Below, piece after piece: positions 46,979 to 56,355 of a DNA stretch of 64,000 nt. The DNA is taken from positions 3,336,175-3,400,174 of the forward strand of contig OZ244235.1 of NCBI GenBank assembly GCA_965217095.1, given 5' to 3'. The position numbers and the translations under genes are program-made. The DNA comes from Candidatus Latescibacterota bacterium (lineage in GTDB: Bacteria > Latescibacterota > UBA2968 > UBA8231). Positions within the stretch are counted from its first letter, which is position 1. Every line of letters starts with the position of its first letter. Under the pieces are notes generated by a model, which saw only the letters and a list, made by a program, of their open reading frames with translations, did no database searches and was not told the origin of the DNA.

Positions 46979-48781
46979 CTACCAACCCATAGCGTAAGCG
47001 ATGCGGCGCCTTGACGTAGCACCGCCGGATATCATGCCACTCTCTACGTCGATGTGGATTCCCATCGCCTTTCCCGCTGACCAGCCATCCGCCACGTCCA
47101 CCTCGTGTCCCCGCTTTTCAAGCTCGGAGATGGTGTCGGCCGCGATCCGGTCCTCTGCAACTATTCTTCCGGGATACGCCTGTCGTGGATAGAACGAGGA
47201 CGGGAAGTGGGTCGAGTAGACAGCGGGCGCATCCAGTGCCTCCTGAATATCCATGCCGAACACGGCGAAATTCAGGAAGAACTCCAATGTTACTTGGTCC
47301 TGCGTGTCGCCGCCTGGCGTGCCGAACGCCAGGTAAGGTTCGCCGTTGCGGGTGGCGATACTGGGGGTCAGCGTTGCCCGCGGCCGCTTCCGGGGCTCGA
47401 GTGCGTTCGGACGCTCGGGGTTCAGGTAAAACATCTGCCCCCGCGTGCCGATGGGAAAGCCGAGTCCCTTGATCACCGGCGACGAACCGAGCCAGCCGCC
47501 ACTGGGCGTTGCTGCCACCATGTTGCCTTCGGCGTCGATGGCGTCCAGGTGCGTGGTGTCGCTGACGTGGGCGTGACCCAGCCCTAAGTCGCGCACATCT
47601 CGGGCCTCCACGTTCAGTGCGCGCCGATTGTTCTCAGCGACATCGCCAATCGCGTACTCCGGAATCCCATTTCCCACATCGCCCGGCCGCATTTCGGAAG
47701 ATGCGTTGGTGCCGACCAGCTTTCGGCTCTCCTCATTATAGGATGCGCTGAGCAGTGTATCGAACGGCACCTGGTCGAAGAGAGGGTCGCCGTAATACGC
47801 TTCGCGATCGGCAAAGGCGAGCTTGGCGCATTCGATATAGGTGTGGATGTAGTCGGCGGAGTTGTGACCCATAGCTCCCAGATCGAACCCGTCGAGCAGT
47901 GCCAGCTGCTGCAGGAAGACGGGCCCCTGGGTCCAGCCGGAGCACTTGTGGACCTCCAGACCGGCATAGTTGTAGCTCACCGGTTCCTCCACGGTGGCAT
48001 GCCATTCGGACATATCCTCGGCGCTGAGCAATCCGGTGTGCGCTGAACCACTGGCATCTTCCACCGGAGTGTTGCTGATGTACTCGAGGATCTTGTCAGC
48101 AATCTCGCCTTTGTAAAAGACATCCCGCGCTGCCTCGATGCTCGCAACGCGCCCCGTACCGCACGCCGCCTCACCGGCGCACATCTTCTTGAGACTGTCG
48201 GCCCAATCCGGATTGCGGACCAGGCTGCCAACGTCACCGACCTTGCCTCCCGGGCAATAGATCTCACCCGTTGTCGGGTAGAGCTCGGTGAATTTCTTCA
48301 GACCGTTCGACAGACTTGAGCGCAACCCGTCGTAGAGGGCGTAGCCGTTTTCGGCCAGCTCGATAGCAGGTTGCAGCACCTGTGAGAAAGTGAGCTTGCC
48401 GTAACGCGCCACCGCCGTCGCCCAGGTGTCCACCGGCGCGGGAACGCAGGCCGGCAGGTAACCGTCGCCGGGCACCAGATCGATGCCGTGTTCGCGGCAC
48501 CAGTCTATGGTGAACGCCTGCGGCGACCACCCCATGCCGCTTACCGCCACGGTCTTCTTTTCCTTAGCGACGTAGATCAAGGTCGGGACGTCGCCGCCGA
48601 TCCCGTTCGATTGCGGCTCCAGGATGTTGAGGCAAAAGGACATGGCTGCCGCTGCGTCAATGGCATTGCCACCCTGTTCCATGATGCGGAAGTCCGCTGC
48701 CGCGGCCAGGTAATGACCCGCGGCGACGACGCCGCGGCGACCCCGGATGACCGGGCGCAACGAATAGTTGGGCAAAATCAC
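46979..48781 (-). CDS. ggt: Gamma-glutamyltransferase
   Basis: 600 aa: ..GGNAIDAAAAMSFCLNILEPQSNGIGGD.. and the nucleophile region ..SDTTHLDAIDAEGNMVAATPSGGW.. are GGT hallmarks. Confidence 0.8.
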   Translation of the reverse strand: MILPNYSLRPVIRGRRGVVAAGHYLAAAADFRIMEQGGNAIDAAAAMSFCLNILEPQSNGIGGDVPTLIYVAKEKKTVAVSGMGWSPQAFTIDWCREHGIDLVPGDGYLPACVPAPVDTWATAVARYGKLTFSQVLQPAIELAENGYALYDGLRSSLSNGLKKFTELYPTTGEIYCPGGKVGDVGSLVRNPDWADSLKKMCAGEAACGTGRVASIEAARDVFYKGEIADKILEYISNTPVEDASGSAHTGLLSAEDMSEWHATVEEPVSYNYAGLEVHKCSGWTQGPVFLQQLALLDGFDLGAMGHNSADYIHTYIECAKLAFADREAYYGDPLFDQVPFDTLLSASYNEESRKLVGTNASSEMRPGDVGNGIPEYAIGDVAENNRRALNVEARDVRDLGLGHAHVSDTTHLDAIDAEGNMVAATPSGGWLGSSPVIKGLGFPIGTRGQMFYLNPERPNALEPRKRPRATLTPSIATRNGEPYLAFGTPGGDTQDQVTLEFFLNFAVFGMDIQEALDAPAVYSTHFPSSFYPRQAYPGRIVAEDRIAADTISELEKRGHEVDVADGWSAGKAMGIHIDVESGMISGGATSRRRIAYAMGW

Positions 48782-49076
48782 CTCCGTTTCGTTTCAATTA
48801 GGCTGTCAAAGCGAAAAACTCGGGACTAACACCCTCGTCCGACCACTAAAGGCAGCACCAGCAACAATAAACTCGACGCTGCCGGACGCGGTCCAGCGCG
48901 CCGATCTCCGTTGGTCGTCAGCCCGGTTACCATGGGTTCGGCGATGCGCCTGACTCCCGTCCGCATTCGCCTCTCATTCTTGAAGGCACAGGTCGCCAGC
49001 GCCTAGGTACCTGAAAGGCTCTCCTGCTCGAACCGGCATGATCAATCTTGTTCACTGGCAGTAAACCGTCATAGGT

Positions 49077-49517
49077 CTAATCACCCTCGAAGTGCTGGCC
49101 AAAGCCTATGAGATGTCCGTCCGGATCGCGGATTCCGAACTCCTTCATGTCGTATTCATCTTGTATGCACGGCTCATAATCTATGATCGCGCCGTTGTTT
49201 TTGTATTCGGCAAATAGGGTGTCAGCGTCGTTGATCCAGATGTAAGCATCCCAATATCCCGACTGGTCGCGGCTGGTTGTCACTTCGGAACCTTGCTCGG
49301 CTTCCTTGATCATGAACGTGAATCCGTCCCGCGAAGGCATGGCGAAGGTGGGGGGTTCGCCCCAAAGCGGGGGCATGTCGAACCCGAGCACCTTGTGATA
49401 GTACTCCAGGATTCCACCAGATTTCGTACCACAAAGTACGGTGCGGTGCCTCTGAACTGTTTCATTCCTTCTTGGACCATCACTCTTCTCCTTGTTTGCC
49501 ATAATGTTGCGTTGCAA
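49077..49517 (-). CDS. VOC (glyoxalase/bleomycin-resistance/dioxygenase) family protein
   Basis: 146 aa: ..LEYYHKVLGFDMP..FMIKEAEQG..YIWINDADTLFAEYKNNGAIIDYEP..FGIRDPDGHLIGF. Confidence 0.6.
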   Translation of the reverse strand: MQRNIMANKEKSDGPRRNETVQRHRTVLCGTKSGGILEYYHKVLGFDMPPLWGEPPTFAMPSRDGFTFMIKEAEQGSEVTTSRDQSGYWDAYIWINDADTLFAEYKNNGAIIDYEPCIQDEYDMKEFGIRDPDGHLIGFGQHFEGD

Positions 49518-49815
49518 GCCGGGCTACGCTGTTACCTCAACACCCTCCCAGAACGAAAACCGGTTTTGATCTCACTGGCCGCCAGCTTCGGACCCAGTAG
49601 CAGGCCGTCCGCATTACCACTATACTGTAATAGCTCGCTGTTCCTTTCCAGGGGCAAACAGACGCTGTCCTGCTCGCCGTGATACTGTCTAACCATCCAT
49701 GCGCAGCTTGACCCATTTAACGATAACGCGGTTTTTTCACCAACATGGCCAAGATAATCAAACCAGCATTGTGCACCGCGAAAAACCGAGACCTTGCAGA
49801 ACGGCGAGAGAACTG

Positions 49816-51540
49816 ATGGTTCCGCGTTTTAGGACTCGAACGGCTTCGGGGGGGTTCTGTCTTCTCCTTGTCGTACTATCATTCGTATACTTCCACGAAA
49901 TCGCTGATCATCCTCTCCAAGGGCACGACGAAGAGACATTCCGCGACAATGTGGCTATTAGTGAAAATTTCAGCTACTTGCTCAATCCGCGGGCAGAAAG
50001 AGAGCTGGCATCGGGAAGACCAGTTGCCGAGCTGGTCAAGTGGGTGGGATTCTTGATCGTCGGTAACGACGCGAGTTGGTTTCACGTCCTCGTGGTCATG
50101 AGTCATGCCACTGTGGCTTTGCTTGTCGCACTCATGGCGATCCGATTGGGGATGGATCAGGTATCGGGTTATTTGGGCGGGATTCTTTTTCTCATTAACA
50201 GTGCCCACTTCGAAGTAGTCTATTGGATCTCTGCAATCGACTATTCGATTGCCTTGATATTCGGTATCCTGGCAATTCTTTGTTTCCAACGATTTCATCT
50301 CAATCGCAGATCCTCCTGGCTATTGGTCTTTTACTTGGCTATGGCTGGTGGTGTGCTTGCCCATCCATCGGTCGGGGCAGTTTGGTTTTTTTGTTTTTAC
50401 CTGCACTGGATCAGGGAACGGAACATGAAAACGACGTTGAAACTTATGGTTCCCTTGGCATTGCTACTGCTGATATCTCTCGTCCTGGCGATAAGTCTCA
50501 CGCGTCAGGAGACGAGCACTTGGGATGCTCTCCATGCTTACACGAGTCAAGACGCTCTCTCCCTTATAATCGGATGTCTGCGAATGTTTTTGTGGTTCGC
50601 TGGAAGATTATTGACAACCGCTCACTGGATTCTGGTTACGCCCTATGAATTGAGCGAATGGGAGTTTCTCGTTGGCGCGGCAACTGTTGCCGGCCTCATT
50701 TTCTTGATTGTGAACGGCACTTTTCCTGGAGCCTTGTGGTCGGTTTGGATAGTTGCGACTCTGCTACCCTTCGTGGCGTTGACCGAACCAGTGATCTATG
50801 CGTCAACAGTGGGTCCTGCTAGATATTTATACCTGTCAACTGTTGGTGCGTCGTTGTTGCTTGCTTGGTTTATCAGGTTGGCGAGTATTCGTCTCGCTAG
50901 GAAGAGGCAGATTTGGGGGTTGGTCTTTTTCGGTACCGTCTTGCTCGGCATAATGTCCTCAAGTTATGGGGCGTTGAAGAAGTGTGAGGCCTTGTCCTTC
51001 TATGCTTCAGGACGGACGTATATCGCGGACGCCGACGATACCGCTGGTATCGTCTGGCTAAAGCGTTCAATCGCCCAGGGACGTGACATCATTCCCCTCC
51101 GAGACGCCTACTACAGGCTGTGCAACATGCTGATAGCGAACGGATCTGAGGTCGAGCCATTCTTGACGGAGGCGAGAATGGAATTTCCGCGGGACAGTGC
51201 TTTTGATGCCGTACACTATGCACTGGAGTCGTTGCATCCGGCGCCCGATAGAAGGCAGCTAGGCATGGAAATCATGAAACACGCGTATCAAGTCAGATCG
51301 GAATTTCAGACGGAAGATCGGAAGGCTTTCAATGCGATGATCTCGGCGATTTACCACAACATCGGAAATGGCATGATGTTCCGGAATCTTCGGAGTCACG
51401 CCGTCGAAGCATATCAGATGTCGCTGCTGTTTGATTCGACGCGTACACAGACTGCAAAAGCCCTGTCCGCTGCACTGGAAGAAAAACAGGTCTTGAATGG
51501 ACCGAACGCGATTAAGGAGTACCGCGGCAAAGCATTCTAA
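49816..51540 (+). CDS. Integral membrane protein with a GT-C-like (PMT/ArnT-type) multi-TM N-terminal part and a C-terminal TPR-like soluble domain; markedly lower GC than its flanks
   Basis: I moved the start to ATG 49816 (MVPRFRTRTASGGFCLLLVVL..). It has 10 or more hydrophobic helices. The C-terminal 200 aa are alpha-helical and TPR-like. By eye, GC is about 48-50% versus about 62% in the neighbours. Confidence 0.45.
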   Translation: MVPRFRTRTASGGFCLLLVVLSFVYFHEIADHPLQGHDEETFRDNVAISENFSYLLNPRAERELASGRPVAELVKWVGFLIVGNDASWFHVLVVMSHATVALLVALMAIRLGMDQVSGYLGGILFLINSAHFEVVYWISAIDYSIALIFGILAILCFQRFHLNRRSSWLLVFYLAMAGGVLAHPSVGAVWFFCFYLHWIRERNMKTTLKLMVPLALLLLISLVLAISLTRQETSTWDALHAYTSQDALSLIIGCLRMFLWFAGRLLTTAHWILVTPYELSEWEFLVGAATVAGLIFLIVNGTFPGALWSVWIVATLLPFVALTEPVIYASTVGPARYLYLSTVGASLLLAWFIRLASIRLARKRQIWGLVFFGTVLLGIMSSSYGALKKCEALSFYASGRTYIADADDTAGIVWLKRSIAQGRDIIPLRDAYYRLCNMLIANGSEVEPFLTEARMEFPRDSAFDAVHYALESLHPAPDRRQLGMEIMKHAYQVRSEFQTEDRKAFNAMISAIYHNIGNGMMFRNLRSHAVEAYQMSLLFDSTRTQTAKALSAALEEKQVLNGPNAIKEYRGKAF

Positions 51541-51611
51541 CGCAAGTAGACGCTCGATCGACACGGCCCGCGATAACCGTCAGCGCCAGATTTTTTTAGT
51601 ATAGTACCTCC

Positions 51612-54600
51612 ATGGACAAGCAACTAATAGACATTCTCTGGGTGACGGTCAGCGCCAGCCTCGTATTTCTGATGCAGGGCGGATTCCTGCGTCTGGAAAC
51701 GGGGTTGACCCGCAGCAAGAACAACATCAACGTCGCCGTCAAGAACCTCGCGGACCTGGGCATCTCGATTGTGCTCTACTGGGCATTCGGATACGGGCTC
51801 ATGTGGGGGGTGTCGAACGCTGGATGGTTCGGCTTGACTGATTCGTTCCCGGATGTTGGTCGCGGCGGAGCTTGGTCCGCGGTCTTCATACTGTTCGGCG
51901 CCCTGTTTTGCGGAACTGCGGTGACGATCATCTCCGGCGCCGTCGCCGAGCGTCTGCGGTTTATGAGCTACCTGCTCATAGCTGCCGTCGTGGCCGGCAT
52001 TGTGTATCCGATCTACGGCCACTGGGCATGGAACGGAGTAGATGTGGGATCGCCTACCGGCTGGTTAGGAATGAGGGGCTTCGTCGATTTCGCTGGTTCG
52101 ACCGTCGTTCACAGTCTAGGCGGATGGTGCGCGCTTGCCCTTCTCCTCGTCATCGGTCCGCGGCACGGCCGGTTTCCCCAGGACGGCCCACCTCGCAAGA
52201 TCCCGGGAGCCAATCTGCCTGTTGCAACCTTGGGTGTAATTCTATTGTGGATGGGCTGGTTCGGCTTCAACGGTGGCAGTACGCTCGCCATGAACGACCA
52301 GGTACCAAAGGTCATCGCCAATACCGTATTCGCCGGCGCAGCGGGTATGACGGCAGCGCTCGGTGTAGGTCTGCTGACGCGCGGTCGGGCCGACGTCGAT
52401 CTTGTGCTCAACGGTTCTCTGGCAGGTCTTGTAGCTATTACCGCCAGCGCCTTCGCCGTGACGACGGTGTCGGCCGTGGCTATCGGCATCATCGGCGGCG
52501 TCGTGATGGTTGCGGTGGAGAATTTGCTGCAGCGCCTGCGGATTGACGATGCCGTGGGCGCCGTCCCCGTCCACCTTGGAGCGGGTATCTGAGGTACGTT
52601 CGCAGTAGCCATTTTCGGGGAGGCTGACCTGCTGGGAACCGGACTCGGCTTTTGGGCCCAACTGTCCGCACAAGCCTACGGGATTGCGGCCTGCTTCCTC
52701 TGGGCTTTCGGCGCAACCTACATCCTGTTCTATGTGATCAATCGCCATGTACCACTCAGGGTGACTGCTGAAGAAGAGGAGGTTGGGCTCAACATTTCAG
52801 AGCACGGCGCCACCACAGATCTTCTCGAGCTCTTCAGGGTAATGGAGCACCAGTCCAAGTCAGGCGAGCTGAGCCATAGGGCGCCGGTGGAGCCGTTCAC
52901 CGAGGTCGGCCAGATCGCCCAGCGTTACAACCTCGTAATGGCGGCGTTGGAAAGGGCGACGACGCGGACCGAGGCCATCGTGAAAACGGCTATGGACGGC
53001 ATTGTCACTTGTGCGAAAGAGTCTCTTGACATAATCACCTTGAATCCAGCCGCGGAAGCGATGTTCGGGTACGGTAAGGACGAGCTTGCTCGGCAGCCCT
53101 TGACACGTTTGCTCGGCGGCGAGGTAAGCTCAGACGAATCTTATGTTAAACGCCTGGCCTCCGAGCGAACCTATCGGGAGTTGATAGGACAGCGCGCCGA
53201 CGGCACCACGTTTCCGATGGAAGCGATGGTGACGGAGGCGTCGTCAGGTCAGGAGGAGGGGGTATACGTCGGCACCTTCCGCGATATTACGGAACGCAAG
53301 CAGATCGAGGACAATTTGCAACGGGCAATGCTGGAGGCTGAGGCTGCCAATCGTGCGAAGAGTGAATTTCTCGCCAATATGAGCCACGAGCTAAGGACTC
53401 CGATGAACGCCATTCTTGGCTATGCCCAGATACTCGGTGGGGATGTGGAACTCACGGACAGACAACGCAAGGCGATATACACCATAGGTGACAGCGGTCA
53501 GCACCTGCTAAAATTGATCAACAAGGTCCTCGACATCTCGAAGATCGAAGCGGGCCGCGAGGAGCTTCATCCCGTCGATTTCGATCTAAGGCTCATGCTA
53601 TCGGGGCTGGAGTCGATGTTCGCCATGCAGTGCGGTCAAAAGAACCTTGTATGGAGATTCATAGAGGACGTTGCCATCTCCCACGTGCATGGCGACGAGG
53701 GGAAGCTGCGACAGGTACTAATCAATCTGCTTAGCAACGCCGTCAAATTCACCTCCGCCGGGGAGGTGATGCTACGGGCAGGGTCCGGCGACGATAGTTC
53801 CTACACTTTTGAGGTAGCCGACAACGGTCCGGGCATTCCACAGGAAGATGAGGCCACCATATTTGATCCCTTCCAGCAAACAGGGGAAGGTGTGCAGTGG
53901 GTGGCACTGGGCTTGGCCTGGCTATATCGCAGCGTCACGTTGAAATCATGGGTGGCGAGCTCGAGCTAGAGTCAAGGCCGGGTGAAGGTGCCCGGTTTTC
54001 GTTCACCCTGCGTCTGCCCGCAGCCATGACCCGAGTCCCCACCCTCCCGAAAGGGAAGGACTGGTCGAGCGTGAAGCATCTTGCTCCCGGGACATCGGTG
54101 CGTGCGTTGATTGTCGACGACGTGGCTACCAACCGCGATGTCCTCGGGTATCTGTTGCGAGATATTGGGGTCGCTGTGGAGGAGGCCGAAAACGGTGAGC
54201 AGGGGTTGGAACGCGTGCGGGAGGCGATGCCCGACATCATCTTGCTCGACATCCGCATGCCCGTACTGGATGGTCCGGCAATGCTCGAGCGGTTGACCGC
54301 TACCTATGGTGCAAACGCCACAAAGGTGGTAGCGGTAACCGCATCCGTCTTTGTGCACCAGACGAAGCAATTTCTGGAAATGGGATTCTCACGCTTGATT
54401 GGGAAACCGGTGAGAGCGGAGGAGATATTCGAATGCCTGGCTGAAGAGTTGGGTGTGGAGTACGACTATGATGTGACTGTTGCGGCGCCGGAGTCCGATC
54501 CTCGTGACTGGGAGGGTATCGATCTGCCAAGCGCCCTGTACGACGATCTGCTCGAAGCCGCCAGGGCGCAAATCGTTACCGATTTACGCAAACATTTTAG

Positions 54601-54712
54601 CCGACTCGAAGGGCTCGGCAGTGAAGGAAGGAGTCTGGCGGCGCACCTGCGAACGCTGGCACTCCGATACGACATGGACGCCATCCGGAAGACACTCGAA
54701 ACCTTGAAGTGA
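51612..54712 (+). CDS. Ammonium transporter (Amt) fused to PAS, HisKA, HATPase_c and receiver domains; contains an in-frame TGA (52590-52592) and a frameshift near 53895
   Basis: Amt region 51612-52589. In the same frame, ..HLGAGI-TGA-GTFAVAIFGEADL.. continues into the 52734-53969 ORF. The TGA replaces the invariant Trp of the Amt GIWG motif. The sensor kinase part (..LANMSHELRTPMNAI.. is the H-box) shifts frame near 53895 into 53897-54712 (GGTGLGLAISQ.., then the REC domain ..ALIVDDVATNRDVL..ILLDIRMPVLDG..). Confidence 0.55.
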
Positions 54713-54737
54713 TGCGACCCTTGGAAAGTGAAACACG

Positions 54738-55112
54738 ATGGTAACGCCGAGCACAGATTTGACGGGTAGCTTCATTCTGGTCGTTGACGACGTTCCAGCC
54801 AATCTCGATGTGCTCATAGAGATTCTTGAAGAGGAAGGATTCCGCATATCGGTGGCCACTTCAGGGGAGAGGGCGTTGCGGGTTGTCTCCCAAACAAGAC
54901 CGGATCTCATATTGTTGGACGTGATGATGCCCGGCATTGACGGATACGAGACTTGCCGCATGCTCAAAGCACATGAGAAGACGGCGGGGATCCCGGTCAT
55001 CTTCCTTACGGCACGAGACGACCCGCAGGCGATCAGACATGGTTTCGAGGCCGGGGGCGCAGATTACGTGACAAAACCCTTCAATAAGGAGGAGTTGGGG
55101 GTATCCATTTAA
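54738..55112 (+). CDS. Response regulator (receiver domain); 3' end truncated by IS1595 copy B. Original C-terminus resumes at 56230-56330
   Basis: ..ILVVDDVPANLDVLIEILEEEGFRISVA..LILLDVMMPGIDGYETCR..YVTKPFNKEEL then the IS follows. Without the IS the frame continues LARIRMSLERAVLSRDLDALREKLRLKED*. Confidence 0.7.
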   Translation: MVTPSTDLTGSFILVVDDVPANLDVLIEILEEEGFRISVATSGERALRVVSQTRPDLILLDVMMPGIDGYETCRMLKAHEKTAGIPVIFLTARDDPQAIRHGFEAGGADYVTKPFNKEELGVSI

Positions 55113-56229
55113 CCGGAGTTACCATATGTTCAGTGCATGGCGTATCCTCGCGCTGGCAAGCACTACCCGGGCTCGGTTGGCGAGTTTCAAGCCTGGTTTC
55201 GAACCGATGCGGACTGCCTGGACTACCTCGAATGGCTGCGGTGGCCCGACGGCTTCGTCTGTCCGAGTTGCGGCCACGAAGGCGGTTGGCGCTTGGGCGA
55301 TGGCCGCTTCATGTGTCCGGCGTGTTCGACACGCAGTTCGGTGACGGCCGGTACGATCTTCGATCGGACGCGGACACCCTTGACGATATGGTACACCGCC
55401 TGCTGGCTGTTCGCCACCGGTAAAGACGGGATCTCGGCGTTGAGCTTGAAGCGAGTACTGGAGATCAGCTCCTACCAGACTGCCTGGGCCATGCTGCACC
55501 GCCTGCGGTCGGTGTTGGTACGTCCCGGTCGGGATCTGCTGAGCGGGACGGTACAGGTGGACGAGACCTACATCGGCGGCGCCGAGCCTGGGCTGGCCGG
55601 TGGCCGCGCTAGGGGCAAGAAGGTGCTGACCGGTATCGCAGTTGAGGTTCATGAGCCGAGAGGATTGGGGCGGTGCCGCATGTCGCCACTGGCCGATGCC
55701 TCTGCCGAGACCTTGCACGCGTTCGTGATGGATCACGTCGAGCCGGGCTCGACGATCATCACCGACGGGTGGCCCGCTTATCAGGGACTGGCTCAGCTCG
55801 GCTACGAGCATGATCGGCGCAGCCAGGGCGCGGCCCGCGCTCGGGGCGATGATCCCAACAAGCTGTTGCCCGCCGTGCACCGCGTTGTCTCACTGGCCAA
55901 GCGGTGGCTGCTGGGAACGCATCAAGGGGCCGCCGACAGTACCCACATGAGCCACTACCTCAACGAGTTCGTGTTCCGCTTCAATCGCCGCCGCTCCCGC
56001 AGCCGCGGCATGGTGTTTTATCGCGTGCTCGAGCTGGCCGTGGCCCACGAGCCGATGCGTTTCCAGGATCTCATTGCCAGCCGACGGCCGAGGAAGCTGC
56101 CCCCCGAGCCGCCCAAACGGCGAGGGCATCCCACGAGCCTGGAACGCCCAGGGGCAAACCGGCCGTGGCGGTCGGCGGCCGAACACTGATGGGGGTCGCG
56201 ACGCACTCCGGTTAAATGGATACCCCCAA
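55097..56229 (+). mobile_element. IS1595-family insertion sequence, copy B (1133 bp), same terminal inverted repeats as copy A, flanking direct repeat AGGAGGAG(TT) (55087-55096 and 56230-56239)
   Basis: Sequence is essentially identical to copy A. I saw one synonymous difference in the transposase gene (gagcacgat versus gagcatgat) and no other by eye, though I did not align the full 1133 bp. Orientation is the same as copy A. Confidence 0.8.
55137..56189 (+). CDS. IS1595-family transposase, copy B
   Basis: 350 aa, protein sequence identical to 36264-37316. Confidence 0.8.
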   Translation: MAYPRAGKHYPGSVGEFQAWFRTDADCLDYLEWLRWPDGFVCPSCGHEGGWRLGDGRFMCPACSTRSSVTAGTIFDRTRTPLTIWYTACWLFATGKDGISALSLKRVLEISSYQTAWAMLHRLRSVLVRPGRDLLSGTVQVDETYIGGAEPGLAGGRARGKKVLTGIAVEVHEPRGLGRCRMSPLADASAETLHAFVMDHVEPGSTIITDGWPAYQGLAQLGYEHDRRSQGAARARGDDPNKLLPAVHRVVSLAKRWLLGTHQGAADSTHMSHYLNEFVFRFNRRRSRSRGMVFYRVLELAVAHEPMRFQDLIASRRPRKLPPEPPKRRGHPTSLERPGANRPWRSAAEH

Positions 56230-56355
56230 AGGAGGAGTTATTGGCGCGCATTCGCATGTCTCTGGAAAGGGCGGTTTTGTCGCGCGACCTCGATGCCCTA
56301 CGCGAGAAGTTACGACTCAAGGAGGACTAGCCGGCGCCTCCGGCTAGTCCTGGCA

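Noticed and set aside
36224-56229. The two same-orientation IS1595 copies interpreted as a composite transposon carrying the intervening 19 kb
   Set aside because: Each copy has its own, different, immediately flanking direct repeat (GTGTCGTT versus AGGAGGAG). That indicates independent single-element insertions.
56074-56355. N-terminal 94 codons of the 749-aa ORF
   Set aside because: This stretch lies inside IS1595 copy B and the response-regulator tail. The signal peptide and likely GTG start are at 56356.
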